From NCBI RefSeq assembly GCF_963921235.1, contig NC_086108.1, forward strand, positions 64,048,001 through 64,112,000: 64,000 bases of DNA. The letters run 5' to 3'. This DNA comes from Mobula hypostoma. Lineage: Eukaryota. Positions 24,411-38,070 of this stretch are shown piece after piece. A model generated the notes under the pieces. That model did no database searches. It saw only the letters and a list, made by a program, of their open reading frames with translations, and was not told the origin of the DNA. The translations under genes and the position numbers were made by a program. Position 1 is the stretch's first letter. Each line of letters opens with the position of its first letter.

Positions 24411-25810
24411 ATATGACCATTTGGAAGCCCATGGCCTAATTAGGCAGTGTCAGTTTGGATTTAAGCATGGCAGCTCATGCCTTACTAACTTTATTGAGTT
24501 CTTTGACAAGGGGGCAAGGGAGATTGATGAATGTAGGGCAGTGGATGTTGTCTAAGTGGATTTTAGTAAAGCACTTGGATGCATGGCATCCACGGTGATT
24601 TCGCTGTTTGGATTCAGAACTGGCTTGCACATAGAAGACAGAGGTTAGTGGTTGAAGGGACTTATTTGAGCTGGAGGTCTGTAATTAGTGGTGTTCCACA
24701 GGGATCTGTGCTGGGACCTTTGCTGTTTGTGATGTATATAAATGACCTGTATGAAAATGTAGATGGGTGGTTTAGTAAGTTTGCAGATGATACTAAGATT
24801 GGTGGAGCTGTGGAAAGTGCAGACTGACAAAGAATACAACACGATATAGATCAGTTGCAACTATGGGCAGAGAAATGGCAGATGGAGTTTAACCCAGATA
24901 AATGTGAGGTGTTTCATCTTGTAAGGGCAAATACAAGGAGACAGTACACTGTTAAGGGCAATATCCATAAAAGTGTTGCTGACCAGAGAGAACGTTGGAT
25001 TCAAGTTCATAGGTCCTTGAAAGTGGCTACACAGGTCAAAAAAGATGGTTATGAAGACCTGCTTTCATTAGTCAAGGCATTGAGTTCAAAAGTCGAGAAG
25101 TTATCTTGCAAATTTATAAAACTCTGGTTAGGCCACATCTGGAGTATTGCAACACACACGAAATGTTGGAGGAACTCAGTAGGCCAGGCAGCATTTATGG
25201 AAAAAAAATACAGTCAATGTTTCAACAGCATTTTGTGTGTGTTGCTCGGATTTCCAGCATCTGCAGATTTTCTCCTATCTGGGGTGTTGCATACAGTTCT
25301 GGTCACCCACTATAAAAAGGATGTTGAAGTGTTGGAGAGGATGCTGCCTGGTTTAGAGGACATTTGCTATCATGAGAGGATGGATAAACTTGGGTTATTT
25401 TCTCTGGAGTGCCAGAGGCTGAGGGGAGATCAAGCAGCGGTTGACAAGATTATGAGAGGTAAAGATAGAGTGGACGGGGGTATCTGTTTCCCAGGATTGG
25501 AATGTCTAATACTAGAGAGCATGCATTGAAGGTGAAAGGGGTAGGTTCAAAGTAGATGTGAGGGGTAAATTTTCTACTCAGACAGTTGTGGATGCCTGGA
25601 ATGCACTGCCTGGTATGGTGTTAGAGGCAAATACACCACAGGCTTTTAAGAGACGTTTGGACAGGCACATGGATGCAAGGAAGACAGAGGGATATGGACA
25701 TGGTGTAGGTGGAGGGATTAGTGTTTGGGTGTTTTTAATTTGCTTTTTAGCTGGTTCAACACAACATTGTGGGCTGAATGGCCTGTTCCTGTGCTGTAAT
25801 GTTCTATGAT
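24411..25810 (+). mobile_element. CR1 RT through 3' end
   Basis: GVPQGSVLGPLLFVMYINDL, FSKFADDTK, WQMEFNPDKCEV; GTTCTATG tail. Confidence 0.9.
25152..25276. mobile_element. Short Penelope-terminus insertion in CR1 (inverted arms, ribozyme core deleted)
   Basis: Degenerate 15-bp TSD ATCTGGAGTATTGCA / ATCTGGGGTGTTGCA. Confidence 0.75.
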
Positions 25811-26552
25811 CTACCCCCCAAACCTCTTCCTTAATAATGGACTTCAACATCTTAACAACCACTGAAGTCAGGCCTACTGGTCTATAATTTCCTTTTCTTT
25901 TACCTCCCTCCCTTCTTGAAGAGTGGATTGACATTTGCAATTTTCTAGTGCTCTGTAACCAATCCATAAATTGGTGATTCGTGGAAGGATCATTAGTAAT
26001 ACTTCCACACACTCATTAGCTACCTCTTTCAGAACTATCGGGTGTAGTTCTCCTGGTCCAGGTGCCTTATCTACCTTCAGACCTTTCAGCTTCCCAAGCA
26101 CCTTCTCCTTAGTAATAGAAACTACACTCATTTGTTCCCCTGCCACTTCTGAATTGCTGACAAACTGCTGGTATCTTCCACAGTGAAGGCTGTTGCAAAA
26201 TAGTTATTGAATTCATCCGCCATTTCTTTGTCCCATAGGACTACCTCTTCAACATCAATTTCCAGCAGTACGATATCCACTCTTGCCTCTTATTGACACT
26301 TCATATATCTGGAAAACCTTTAGTATCCTCTTTTATACTGTTGATTAGCTTGCCTTCTTATTTCATCTCTTCTCTCCCTATTGGTTTTTCAGTTGCCTTC
26401 TGCTGATTTTTAAAAGCTTCCAAATCCTCTAGCTTCTCACATATTTTTGGTGTATTATATGCCCTCACTTTTGCTTTTACATTGTGTTTGAGTTCCCTTG
26501 TCAGCCACAGTTGACTCATCTGCCTTTTAGAATCTTCTTCTTTAGGATGTAC
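25811..26552 (-). mobile_element. CR1 internal fragment
   Basis: GNYRPVGLTSVV, LKGLKVDKAPGP, WLTRELK. Confidence 0.85.
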
Positions 26553-26559
26553 GTTGAGC

Positions 26560-29040
26560 ATGGTGGGTCTGATGTTCTCAGCTGCGTATATTTCAATGCA
26601 CTGTTATCGGAAAGGCAGGTGAGCTTAGGGCATGGATCAACACATGGAATTATGATATTGTAGCCATTAGCGAGACTTGATTGCAGGAGGGGCAGGACTG
26701 ACAGTATTCCAGGGTTCCATTGTTTTAGATGTAACAGAGCGGGAGGGATTAAAGTGGAGGGATGGCATTACTAGTCATGAAAAATATCATGACAATGCTC
26801 AGTCAGGACAGACTGGAGAGCTCGTGTAGTGAGGCTTTATGCTAAGAACGGGGGAATAATAAAGGTATGAACATGTTAATGAGGTTATATTACAGATCAC
26901 CCAATGGTCAGTCGAGGTAAGGGAACACATTTGTAGAGAGATCGCAGACTTACAAGAAACATAAGGTTGTGATTTGAGCTTTCCACATATTGACTGGGAC
27001 TCCCAAACTGTAAAAGGACTAGATGGGATAGAGCTTGTCAAATGTGTTCGGAAGTATGTCCAGGGGAATGCTTTGCCTGTCATGATCGTAATGCCATTAG
27101 TTTCAACATGAATATGGAAAAGGATAAGTCTGGTCCACAGGTTGAGATCCTAAATTGGAGAAAGTCCAATTCTAATGGTCTCAGAAAGGATCTGGCAAGT
27201 GTGGATTGGGACAGATTGTTTTCTCACAAAGGTGTACTTTGTAAGTGGGGGGCCTTCAAAGGTGAAATTTTGAGAGCTCATAGCATGTATGTGCATGTCA
27301 GAACAAAAGATAAAGATAAAAACTTTAGAAAACCTTGGTTTTTAAAAGATATTGAGCCCCTGAGTAAAGAGTAAAAGGAGGTGCTTTGCAGGTATAAGCA
27401 GGCAGGAAGACATGACGTTCTTATGGAGAATAAGAAATGTAAGAAAACACTTAAGAAAGAAATCAGGATGGCTAAAAGAAGGCATGAGGTTGCTCCAGCA
27501 GACAAGGTGAAGGAGTATCCTAAGGGATTAGAACCAGAATCAGAATCAGGTTTAACATCACTGGTGTATGTCATGAAATTTATTAACTTTATGGCAGCAG
27601 TAAAATGAAATACATGAATAATAAATATAGACAACAAACATAAAAACCTGAGTTACATTAAATATATATATGTATGTCATTTAAGTAATTGTTAAAGTAA
27701 GTGGTGCAAAAAACAGAAATTAAAAAGTAGAGAGGTAGTGTTCATGGTTTCAAAGTCCATTTAGAAATCGGATGGCAAAGGGGAAGAGGCTGTTCCTGAA
27801 TTGCTGAGTCCATGCCTTCAGGCTTTTGTACCTCCTTCCTGACAGTAGCAATGCAAAGAGGGCTTGTGTGGGGTGGTCTGGATCCTTAATGATGGATGCC
27901 ACCTTCCTAAGACAACACTGATCATCAAGGATGCCCTCCACCCTGGACATGCTCGCTTCACACTGTTCCCTTTAGAAAAGAGGTGGAAATTGGATTGGAC
28001 GTTGGCTTTGTGGCAGTAGATGGTTGCCTCTCAGACTTTAGGCCTGTTACTAGTGGAGTGCTGCAAGGATGTGTGCTGGGTCTGTTGTTGTTTATCACCT
28101 ATATCAACGATATGGATGATCATATGGTTAAATAGATCAGCAAATTTGGGGATGACACCAAGATTGGGGTATAGTAGATAGCGAAGAAGACCATCAGGGT
28201 TTGCAGTGGGATCTGGACCATCTGGACAAATGAGCTGAAAAAATGGCAGACGGAATTTAATGCAGACAGTGCAAGGTGTGGCACTTTGGGATTACAACCA
28301 GGGTAGACTTATGCAGTGAACGGTGGGGCACTGAGGAGTGCGGTAGAACAAAGGAATCTGGGAATACAGGTCCATAATTCATTAAGAGTGGAGGCACAGG
28401 TAGACTGGGTTGTAAAGAAAGCTTTTGGCACCTTTGCCTTCATAAAACAAAGTATTGAGTACAGGAGATGGGATGTTATGTTGAAGTTGTGTAAGACATT
28501 GTTTAGGCCCAATTTGAGGTATTGTGTGCAGTTTTGGTCACCTACCTACAGGAAGGAAGTAAATAGGTTTAAAGAGCACAGAGAAAACTTGCAAGGATGT
28601 TGCCAGAACTAGAGGACCTCAGCTATAAGGAAAAATTGAATAGCTTAGATTGAGGGGAGATTTGATAGAGTTATACAAAATTATGAGGGGCATAGACAGG
28701 GTAAATGCAAGCAGGCTTTTTCCATTGAGATTGGGTGCGGTTACAACTAGAAGTCATGAGTTAAGGGTGAAAGATGAGAATTTATGGGGAACATAAGGGG
28801 AAACATTTTCCACTCAGAGGGTTGTGAGAGTATGGAATGAACTGCCAGTTCAAGTTGTGCATGCAAGCTCCATTTCAATGTTTAAGAGAAGTTTAGATAG
28901 GTAGATGGATAATAGGCATATGGTTGGCTATGGTCCAGGTGCAGGTTGATGGAACTAGCCTGTTTAAATGGTTTAGCATGTACTTGATGGGCCAAAGGGC
29001 CTGTTTCTGTGTTGTACTTTTCTGTGGTTCAACAACTCTA
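26560..29040 (+). mobile_element. Degenerate CR1 (APE region 26560-27528; RT and 3' end 27985-29040) interrupted by Rex1
   Basis: APE-region remnants, LNWRKSN, RNLGIQVHNSL, YCVQFWSP; 3' tail near 29030. Confidence 0.8.
27529..27985 (-). mobile_element. Rex1 3' fragment with short inverted piece at its 5' side
   Basis: (AGAATC)n tail at 27530; IIKDPDHPTQALFALLLSGRRY on minus; about 27921-27985 is the same region on +. Confidence 0.8.
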
Positions 29041-29044
29041 TCTA

Positions 29045-29545
29045 TCATGCACCTTCTGAGTTGTTCCCAGAAACTCCAGCCATTGCTGTCCCTGCTTGGG
29101 TCTCCTTCCATTCAAGTTTAGCCAGCTCCTTTCTCATGTCTCTCTAGTTCCTGTAACAGCACTGTATCACTGATACTTCTGATTTTGACTTCTCTCTCAA
29201 GCTACAGGGTGAATTCTGAAAATATTATGATCATTGCCTCCTAAGGTTTCCTTTACCTTGAGCTCCCTTAACAAATCTGATTCATTACACAACAAACAAT
29301 CCAGAAAGCCATCTCGTTGGCATTCTACAAATTCCTTCTCTTGGGATCCAGCACCAACCAAATTTTCCCAATCTACCTGCATATTGAAATCCCCCATGAC
29401 TGTCTTAACATTACCCTTTTTACATGCCTTTTCTATCTTCCATTGTGATTTGTACCCCCAATAAGATCTCTGTTCTTCTAAGTTCCAGCTAGTGTAGGCC
29501 CAGAGCCATCAAATCTTTCCATATGTTAACCCTTTCATTCCAGGG
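29045..29545 (-). mobile_element. CR1 fragments (APE region)
   Basis: MGDFNMQVDWEN, PGMKGLTY. Confidence 0.8.
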
Positions 29546-30559
29546 ATATGCTCAATACAAGGAACGCTAGGGTCCATGATGGAGCTGGCTGAGTTTACAA
29601 CTTCCTGCAGCTTTTTCTGATCCTGTGCCAGGGCTGCTCTGTACAAGATGGTAATGCAACCAATTAGAATGCTCTCCAAAGAAAACATCTGAGAATTTTG
29701 TGAGAATATTTGGTGACATAACAAGTCCAATCCAACTCCTAATAAAATATAGCTGTTGTCGTTCCTTCTTTGTAATTGCATCAATATGTTGAGCCCAGGA
29801 TAGATCTTCAGAGATGTTGTATCTTCAGGAATTTGAGACTGCTTGCTCTTTCCACTGCTGATCCATGATGAGGACTGCCCCTTCCTGAAGTCCACAACTG
29901 ATCTCTCGGTCTTACTGGCATTGAGTACAAGGTTGCTGGGTTATTGCTGTTACACCACTCAATCAGCTGATCTATCTTACTCCTGTATGCCTCCTCATCA
30001 CCATCTGAAAGTCTGCAACAATAGTTGTGTCATCGGCAAATTTATAGATGGCATTTGAACTGTGCCGAGCCACACAGTCCTGGGTATAGAAGAGTAGAGC
30101 AGTGGGCTAAGCACATAATTCTTAAAGTGTTCCAGCATTGAATGTTAGTGAGGAGATGTTACTTTCAATCTGCTCTGATTGTGGTCTCCCAATGAGGAAG
30201 TCAAGGATTCAATTGCAGAGAGAGGTGCAGAGGTCCAGATTTTGGAGCTTGTTGATTAGCATTGAGTGTATGATTGTGTTGGATGCAGTCTGATATAGAT
30301 ATTGCTATTAGCCAGGTGATCCAATGCCATATGGAGAGCCAGTGAGGCTACATCTGCTGTAGACCTATTGTGACTATAGACAAATTACAGTGTACCCCGG
30401 TTCTTGCTTAGACAAGTGTCCCGGCCACGACCACCCTCCCAAAGGATTTACTCACAGTAGATATGAGTGCGACTGGGCGATAGTGTACAGGCAGCTCACC
30501 ATGCTTTTCTTAGGCAATGATATGACTGTCACCCATTTAAAGTACATGGGATTGCAGCA

Positions 30560-32530
30560 GTGAAGAATAAATCAAGGAAGGTAGTGCACCCGTGGCTGAC
30601 AAGAGAAATTAGGGATAGTATCAATTCCAAAGAAGTAGCATACAAATTAGCCAGAGAAAGTGGCTCACCTGAGGACTGGGAGAAATTCAGAGTTCAGCAG
30701 AGGAGGACAAAGGGCTTAATTAGGAAGGGGAAAAAAGATTATGAGAGAAAACTGGCAGAGAACATAAAAACGGACTGTAAAAGCTTTTATAGATATGTAA
30801 AAAGGAAAAGACTGATAAAGACAAATGTAGGTCCCCTGCAAACAGAAACAGGTGAATTGATTATGGGGAGCAAGGACATGGCAGACCAATTGAATAATTA
30901 CTTTGGTTCTGTCTTCACTAAGGAGGACATAAATAATCTTCCAGAAATAGTAAGGGACAGAGGGTCCAGTGAGATGGAGGAACTGAGCGAAATACATGTT
31001 AGTAGGGAAGTGGTGTTAGGTAAATTGAAGGGATTGAAGGCAGATAAATCCCCAGGGCCAGATGGTCTGCATCCCAGAGTGCTTAAGGAAGTGGCCCAAG
31101 AAATAGTGGATGCATTAGTGATAATTTTTCAAAACTCGTTAGATTCTGGACTAGTTCCTGAGGATTGGAGGGTGGCTAATGTAACCCCACTTTTTAAAAA
31201 AGGAGGGAGAGAGAAACCGGGGAATTATAGGCCGGTTAGCCTAACGTCGGTGGTGGGGAAACTGCTGGAGTCAGTTATCAAGGATGTGATAACAGCACAT
31301 TTGGAAAGCGGTGAAATGATCGGACAAAGTCAGCATGGATTTGTGAAAGGAAAATCATGTCTGACGAATCTCATAGAATTTTTTGAGGATGTAACTAGTA
31401 GAGTGGATAGGGGAGAACCAGTGGATGTGGTATATTTGGATTTTCAAAAGGCTTTTGACAAGGTCCCACACAGGAGATTAGTGTGCAAACTTAAAGCACA
31501 TGGTATTGGGGGTAAGGTATTGGTGTGGGTGGAGAATTGGTTAGCAGACAGGAAGCAAAGAGTGGGAATAAACGGGACCTTTTCAGAATGGCAGGCGGTG
31601 ACTAGTGGGGTACCGCAAGGCTCAGTGCTGGGACCCCAGTTGTTTACAATATATATTAATGACTTGGATGAGGGAATTAAATGCAGCATCTCCAAGTTTG
31701 CGGATGACACGAAGCTGGGTGGCAGTGTTAGCAGTGAGGAGGATGCTAAGAGGATGCAGGGTGACTTGGATAGGTTGGGTGAGTGGGCAAACTCATGGCA
31801 GATGCAATTTAATGTGGATAAATGTGAAGTTATCCACTTTGGTGGCAAAAATAGGAAAACAGATTATTATCTGAATGGTGGCCGATTAGGAAAAGGGGAG
31901 GTGCAACGAGACCTGGGTGTCATTATACACCAGTCATTGAAAGTGGGCATGCAGGTACAGCAGGCGGTGAAAAAGGCGAACGGTATGCTGGCATTTATAG
32001 CGAGAGGATTCGAGTACAGGAGCAGGGAGGTACTACTGCAGTTGTACAAGGCCTTGGTGAGACCACACCTGGAGTATTGTGTGCAGTTTTGGTCCCCTAA
32101 TCTGAGGAAAGACATCCTTGCCATAGAGGGAGTACAAAGAAGGTTCACCAGATTGATTCCTGGGATGGCAGGTCTTTCATATGAAGAAAGACTGGATGAA
32201 CTGGGCTTGTACTCGTTGGAATTTAGAAGATTGAGGGGGGATCTGATTGAAACGTATAAGATCCTAAAGGGATTGGACAGGCTAGATGCGGGAAGATTGT
32301 TCCCGATGTTGGGGAGGTCTAGAACGAGGGGTCACAGTTTGAGGATAGAGGGGAAGCCTTTTAGGACCGAGGTTAGGAAAAACTTCTTCACACAGAGAGT
32401 GGTGAATCTGTGGAATTCTCTGCCACAGCAAACTGTTGAGGCCAGTTCATTGGCTATGTTTAAAAGGAAGTTAGATATGGCCCTTGTGGCTACAGGGGTC
32501 ACGGGGTATGGAGGGAAGGCTGGGTTCTGA
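30560..32530 (+). CDS. CR1 reverse transcriptase, intact 656-aa frame lacking the APE domain
   Basis: KSPGPDG, NYRPVSLTS, YLDFQKAFD, GVPQGSVLGP, FADD, RDLGV. Confidence 0.93.
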   Translation: MKNKSRKVVHPWLTREIRDSINSKEVAYKLARESGSPEDWEKFRVQQRRTKGLIRKGKKDYERKLAENIKTDCKSFYRYVKRKRLIKTNVGPLQTETGELIMGSKDMADQLNNYFGSVFTKEDINNLPEIVRDRGSSEMEELSEIHVSREVVLGKLKGLKADKSPGPDGLHPRVLKEVAQEIVDALVIIFQNSLDSGLVPEDWRVANVTPLFKKGGREKPGNYRPVSLTSVVGKLLESVIKDVITAHLESGEMIGQSQHGFVKGKSCLTNLIEFFEDVTSRVDRGEPVDVVYLDFQKAFDKVPHRRLVCKLKAHGIGGKVLVWVENWLADRKQRVGINGTFSEWQAVTSGVPQGSVLGPQLFTIYINDLDEGIKCSISKFADDTKLGGSVSSEEDAKRMQGDLDRLGEWANSWQMQFNVDKCEVIHFGGKNRKTDYYLNGGRLGKGEVQRDLGVIIHQSLKVGMQVQQAVKKANGMLAFIARGFEYRSREVLLQLYKALVRPHLEYCVQFWSPNLRKDILAIEGVQRRFTRLIPGMAGLSYEERLDELGLYSLEFRRLRGDLIETYKILKGLDRLDAGRLFPMLGRSRTRGHSLRIEGKPFRTEVRKNFFTQRVVNLWNSLPQQTVEASSLAMFKRKLDMALVATGVTGYGGKAGF

Positions 32531-32628
32531 GTTGGATGATCAGCCATGATCATAATAAATGGCGGTGCAGGCTCGAAGGGCCGAATGGCCTACTCCTGCA
32601 CCTATTTTCTATGTTTCTATGTTTCTAT
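30564..32628 (+). mobile_element. Young 5'-truncated CR1
   Basis: Uninterrupted ORF; (GTTTCTAT)n tail; TSD GTGA at 30560-30563 and 32629-32632. Confidence 0.97.
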
Positions 32629-33184
32629 GTGAGAGATTGAATATGTCCTTGGACAATCCCACCATTTGGTTGGTACAGATATTCAGTGTCCTACCAGGTA
32701 CAGCATCAGGGCCTGAGGCACTGTGACAGTTCTTCCTCTTGAAAGATGTTCTGATGACAGTTCCAAGACAGAGGTCACAGGATAACCAGATGGTGCAGGT
32801 TTTTGCAGAGGTGTAGTCTTTGTTCCCCCTTTCGAAGCATGCATAAACGCATTGAGCTCATCGTGGAGTTAAGCATCACAGCCATTCATGACATTAGGTT
32901 TCATCTTATACGAAGTAATGGCCTGCAAACCCTGCCAGAGCTGACGCGCATCTGATTCCATCTCTAACTTTAATCAGAATTGTTTCCTCGCTCTCAAAAA
33001 ATAGCCTTTTATATGTTGTAACTGGGCTTCTTGATAGGTTAATGGGGCTGGCTTTGACATGATGGGCTGAATGGCTTTGTTCTATTTTGTATTAAGTAAG
33101 TAAATTCCTACTTATTTCCATATGACCTTGGTGACCACAGGTTGAGATTCTAAATTGAAGAAATTGGAAACTATGTGGTTAGTT

Positions 33185-33690
33185 AGAGATACACCCTAAT
33201 TAAGGAAGCAGCCTCTGTGTTCAACTTCTCAATGCCATTCTGAATCTTAAATCCTTCAATAAGATCACCTCTCATTCTGCTAAATTCCAATGTGTAAATG
33301 CCAAATCTACTCACTCTCTTCAAGTATCTACACTTTTGTCAGAGGAATTATTTCACTGAATTATCTCTACAATCCAAAGCAAGCACAACCTTCTTGAAAT
33401 ACGGAGACCAAGACAACACACATTACACTTGGTGCAGTCTCACCAATATCCTGTGAATTTGCATCAAAATTTTTCTCCTTTTATACTTGATACCTTTTGA
33501 CATAAAAACTAACATTGCCTTTGCCTCTTTATTATTTGAGGCACCTGCATGTTCACTTTTTTGTGCTTCATGTATTAGAACTTTTTGTACTGCTCATTAA
33601 GTTACCTCACTCCATTTAAAGAATAAATTTCCCATTCTTGCTTTCAAAGTGGCTAACCACTTATTTTCCTCATTGTACCCTATTTGTCAA
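33185..33690 (-). mobile_element. Old CR1 fragment
   Basis: Degenerate AGATCACCTCTCATTCT, ACGGAGACCAA...TGGTGCAGTCTCACCA. Confidence 0.7.
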
Positions 33691-33749
33691 CTCCATTCCG
33701 GAGATAATTTCGTAAACCAATATCCATTCAAAGCCCCTGGATTCCCATA

Positions 33750-34600
33750 GGTATTTGGGTACATTTCTACGTTCTGTCTCTATTCCATTCTCGCAATTCC
33801 TACAACTGCATCAAATTTGCTCAAATGATGAAACCTCCAATATCTAATTCCTCTGAAATGTATTCCTTTCTCCTCAGTCAAACCTTCCCTCTCCCATGGA
33901 TGACAGGGCTGTCACTGCATCTTCTGCATTTCCTGCATTTCTGATTTCACTCCCTCTCCTCCCAGCCGGAAAAGTAAGATGCCAACTTTAATGTTCAATT
34001 GGTCATCCACATTAATTTTCTCTACACTCCACCACGAAACACACGTTCCCTCCTCTTTCATCATCACGAAGGAAATATATTCTTTGAGACTCACTGACTT
34101 GCTCTTTAATGTCCACCAGATCCCTGCCCTTGACTTTACCTTATCTCATCATCCTGGAACTCAAATAGCCTGCCCAGGTGCAAAAGTAATTCCACACAAG
34201 ATATTGTAGGAAAGTCTGTGTTCTCAATGTGGTCTCCTCTATATTGGTCCGGGTAAAAATGCTTTACCGAGCACTGTTCTTCATTGCACAGATGTTGATC
34301 CCATATTTCCAGTCACTTAACACTTTAATTCTGCCTCCCACTCGGACCTGTTTTGTCCTCTGATACTGTTCCAATGAACCCTAATCTAAATGCAAGGAAC
34401 AGCACCTCACTCTCAGTCCAATCATGTTGCCGTGCTTGGGTTTCAATACTGAATTCCACAAATACAGATAATCCGGCTTGTTCCAAAACAGCTCTGGCAC
34501 ACCTTTGCTAGCTTGCTTCTCGCCACAGATGCTGTTTGATCTTTATGGTATTTCCAGCATTTTCAATTGCTTCTGATTTCTAGCAAATGCTAATTTCTGT
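33750..34600 (+). mobile_element. Old degenerate Penelope-like element
   Basis: Resembles 38317-39050 (TGTTCTCAATGTGGTCTCCTCTATATTGG; GGAACAGCACCTCAC); terminal GATGCTG...TCCAGCATTTT. Confidence 0.7.
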
Positions 34601-35939
34601 CTCTCAGTGTTTCACCGTGTTTTATTGCTTTTCATTCACTTTCCAACTATCTCATTCATCTCCTTAGCAAATGACTTGTCCCTTGGACAATTGAATTCAT
34701 CACCCCATCATAGACAATGTCTCCTGGACAGCAGAAATTTCCACCCCAAGAAAAATGCTTTAAGAAAAATCCCGGAGCATTTTATGTTTATTCAATTTAC
34801 ATTGCCATAATACAGTCATGCTGCCTATTATTTGCCATCCAAGGAATTGCAATAGCCACAGCGGACCCTACCAGTGGTGTGGGAATTTGCAAAATATATT
34901 CTTGTTATACATTTGTGAATAAAATAACTTCATATTCTTGCAGCCAAATCACAGTATGTAATGTTAGTCACTTGATTTAACAATTGCAAATCCTTTGCTC
35001 CCATAACAACTATAACTGTCAGCAAAGAATTCAGGCAATGGGGGGTCCATCAACACATATATTAAAAGCTGGATTGTTTTTGCATAGCTCAGATATTGAA
35101 ACTGAGGCTCGGAATTTCCTGAAGCATGACTTTACTCTGTCCCAAAATAATTGCTGGATTTAACTGGGGTATGCAGTAACAATAGTGTGGGAAAGATTTT
35201 GAAAGTAAAGTACACATAGTTTATGCTATGGAAAATGATAAGCTGTCAACAACATACTGAGAAAAATGGAGACACTTTACAATATGTAATTGATCTGGCA
35301 TCATATTATCTGCCTTCAGTCATGTTTTGCAAATGCCTGGTGTAGTTTGGCTGAGGTTGTTTGATGTTTATTCCATCTGTCACAATGTTCCCAAGATTCA
35401 CTGATCTCTCAGTTAATCTGATGCAATTTTACAAAGTTTTGATGTACGTCTTTTCATTCTGAGGGAATTTTGTCAATCATACTGCACTCATTTCATAACT
35501 TTTATTAGTATTCCTCAAGACATACTAATAATCTTAATAGCTAAATTATTTCACTTGCATAAATGAAATTAAAAAGAGGTTAAACATTGGAAGCAAAATC
35601 ATAGTTCCACTGTTTAAGCTTTCACAATGCAATAGGCACAGGAGTACAGTTTCTAGACTGGCAGCCTGTAGATACAGAGGATTGAGTTCTAAGCAAGTTT
35701 GAGTTCAAATAACTGAAACAAATGTGGATTTAAATCAAAAGTTATTATCACCAACAGTACTTATGAAACTACTGGATTGTCATTTAAAACCTAATATCAT
35801 CCAGTCAGGTAAATTTGGCATCAAGGCCAAATCTGTCATGCACATGGCTCTAGAATTATCAATAAGCTTTATTGTTGGTATTGCCAGGACATTGTTAGAA
35901 CCATTGAAGAACATCTCTGGCGAATCATGTGGTGGACCA

Positions 35940-36390
35940 AAGACTCGTGCAAATTTCTACAGATGTGCAGCGAAGAGCCACAACGTGCAGGATTGAAAGA
36001 GGCTGCAGAGGGCTGTAGACCCGACCAGTTCCATTACGGCATAACCTTCCCCACCACTGAGGACATCTTCAAGAGGTGGTGCCTCAAAACGGTGGCATTT
36101 ATTATTAAGGAGCTTGGCCATTTGGGACATGCCCTTGTCTCATTACTACCATGAAGGAAGAGGGACATCAGCCTGAAGACCCATTCTCAACATTTTAGGA
36201 TCAGCTTCTTTCACTCTGCCATCAGATTTCTGAATGTTTCATGAACCCATGAACACTATGTTACCATTCCTCTTTTGCACTATTTAATTACTTGCTATGG
36301 TTTATATTAATTTTTATATTTTGCACTGTATTGCTACCACAAAACAACAAATTTCGCAATGTGGGTCAGTAACAATAAACCTGATTCTGA
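35940..36390 (+). mobile_element. Rex1 3' fragment
   Basis: EDIFKRWCLKTVAFIIKELGHLGHALVSLLP; AATAAACCTGATTCTGA tail. Confidence 0.85.
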
Positions 36391-36489
36391 GAGCTTATTG
36401 CAAGTCTCCATTAGAATATCTACGAATATCACTATTTCAATGCCTCTGATGGTGCTTATTCATTGCATCAAAGATTGTAATGACTCCTG

Positions 36490-37165
36490 CTACAGAGTTA
36501 GCTGAAGTCATGTCTTTATATCCAGAACTGCTCAAGGTTGGCTTCCAACCCCATGCACAATGTCTTTCACTGAAAGTCAGCTGTCTTCCATCAGCTGTGC
36601 AATAATCTTTGGAACGGTACTACCTTATACTAAACATCTCAAAGCACTGGAATCATACCACCATATGTCTACAAAATCCTCCAGATCCACTGACCAGCTA
36701 AATCAACTAACAGTAGTATTTTCTCCTGGGCCAACAAACTCAGTGTTAACTCCCTAATTACATAGACTTCAATACGGAGGTCATATTAACCACATACCCA
36801 AAATCAGACTCTTGAAATAAACACATATCCCATCCTCTGTCATATCAAGAGATTACAAGCTGGAGAGAGGAATAAGTTCAATGATATTCTCAAAACCTTC
36901 CTCCAAAATTGTAACATCTTCTCCAACTTGTGGGACTCTCTGGCACATAACTTCTCAAAATGAAGGAGAAACACTCATAATGACATTGAAGTCCATGCAT
37001 CTGGAGTACCGAGAAGCACCGCATCAAAATGGCCTATTCTCATGGACTACCAACCCACCTCATCCAGCACCTCTTATACCCTGTGGCAGAGTCTGCAGAT
37101 CCAACATAAGGCTCATCAGTCACCTCTGAACCCTCAAAACAGGAACAGAAGGAAGTCATCCTCAG
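36490..37165 (+). mobile_element. Old RTE-clade LINE 3' fragment
   Basis: HLKALESYH and C-terminal zinc-finger-like PCGRVCRSNIRLISHL. Confidence 0.65.
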
Positions 37166-37414
37166 TCTATGGTGAATCAAATGCAAATTGAAATTGGATG
37201 GTGGCAGAAAGAAGGCACAATGACATCTGAAAGTGTACCGGGCATTGATATGCATAACGTACTGCCCTTGGTCTCAGAATAGCTCTATAGTAACAGTGAA
37301 ATCCTTCCAGGTTGAAATGGTTTTGTAACAAGTGGCTAATTGATATGCAGGCATTCAATGGCCCACTGTATCATTGTGCGGCTGAAATTCCTTCACAATC
37401 AGCAACACAAATAT

Positions 37415-38070
37415 ATAGGGTGATAAAGAAAGCATATGGCTTACTTGACTTCACTTCAGTGTACTGAGTATAAAAGGCAGAAAGTCGTGTTAGAGTGTAT
37501 AATATTTTGGTTGGACCACATTTGTAATGTACTGTTATGGGTGCTGCACTACAGGAAGGATGTGAAGGCTTTGGAAAGGGTGTAGGAGTGGTTCATCAAG
37601 ATGTTACCTGGAATAACGATAAAGAGAGAATGGACAAAATTTTAATAGTTTTCGCTGGAGCGTCGGAGGATGAGGAGTGACCAGAAAGAAGTATATAAAA
37701 TTATGAGAAGCGCAGATGGTTTAGATATTCAGAATCTTTTGCCCAGGGCGTAAATGTCAAATACTAGAGGGCACAGCTTTAAGGTGGGAAGGAACATTTT
37801 AAAAGGAGCTAAGCAGGGTAAATTTTTTAATACAGATACTGGGGATCCTGGGGATCCTGAGGGTCCTGCGGATGCACTACCAGGGAAATTGGTGAAAACA
37901 GATATAATAGCAACACTTAAGAGATTTTTAGACAGGAACATTATCAGGCAGGGAATGGAAAGCTACAGACAATATGCAAGCAGGTGGAATTAGCGTGCAT
38001 TGACATCATAGTTGCCACAGATGTCATCGGTCGAAACGTCTGTTTCTATGTTGTACTGTTCTATGTTCTA
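37415..38070 (+). mobile_element. CR1 3' fragment
   Basis: TRGHSFKV; TTCTATGTTCTA tail. Confidence 0.85.

Larger units (their letters stand above)
29546..33030 (-). mobile_element. Rex1 LINE split by a young CR1
   Basis: Rex1 motifs on both sides; rejoining at GTGA restores GCAGCAGTGAGAGATTGAATATGTCC. Confidence 0.85.

Noticed and set aside
24855..25529. 224-aa ORF
   Set aside because: Frameshifted CR1 read through a Penelope-terminus insertion
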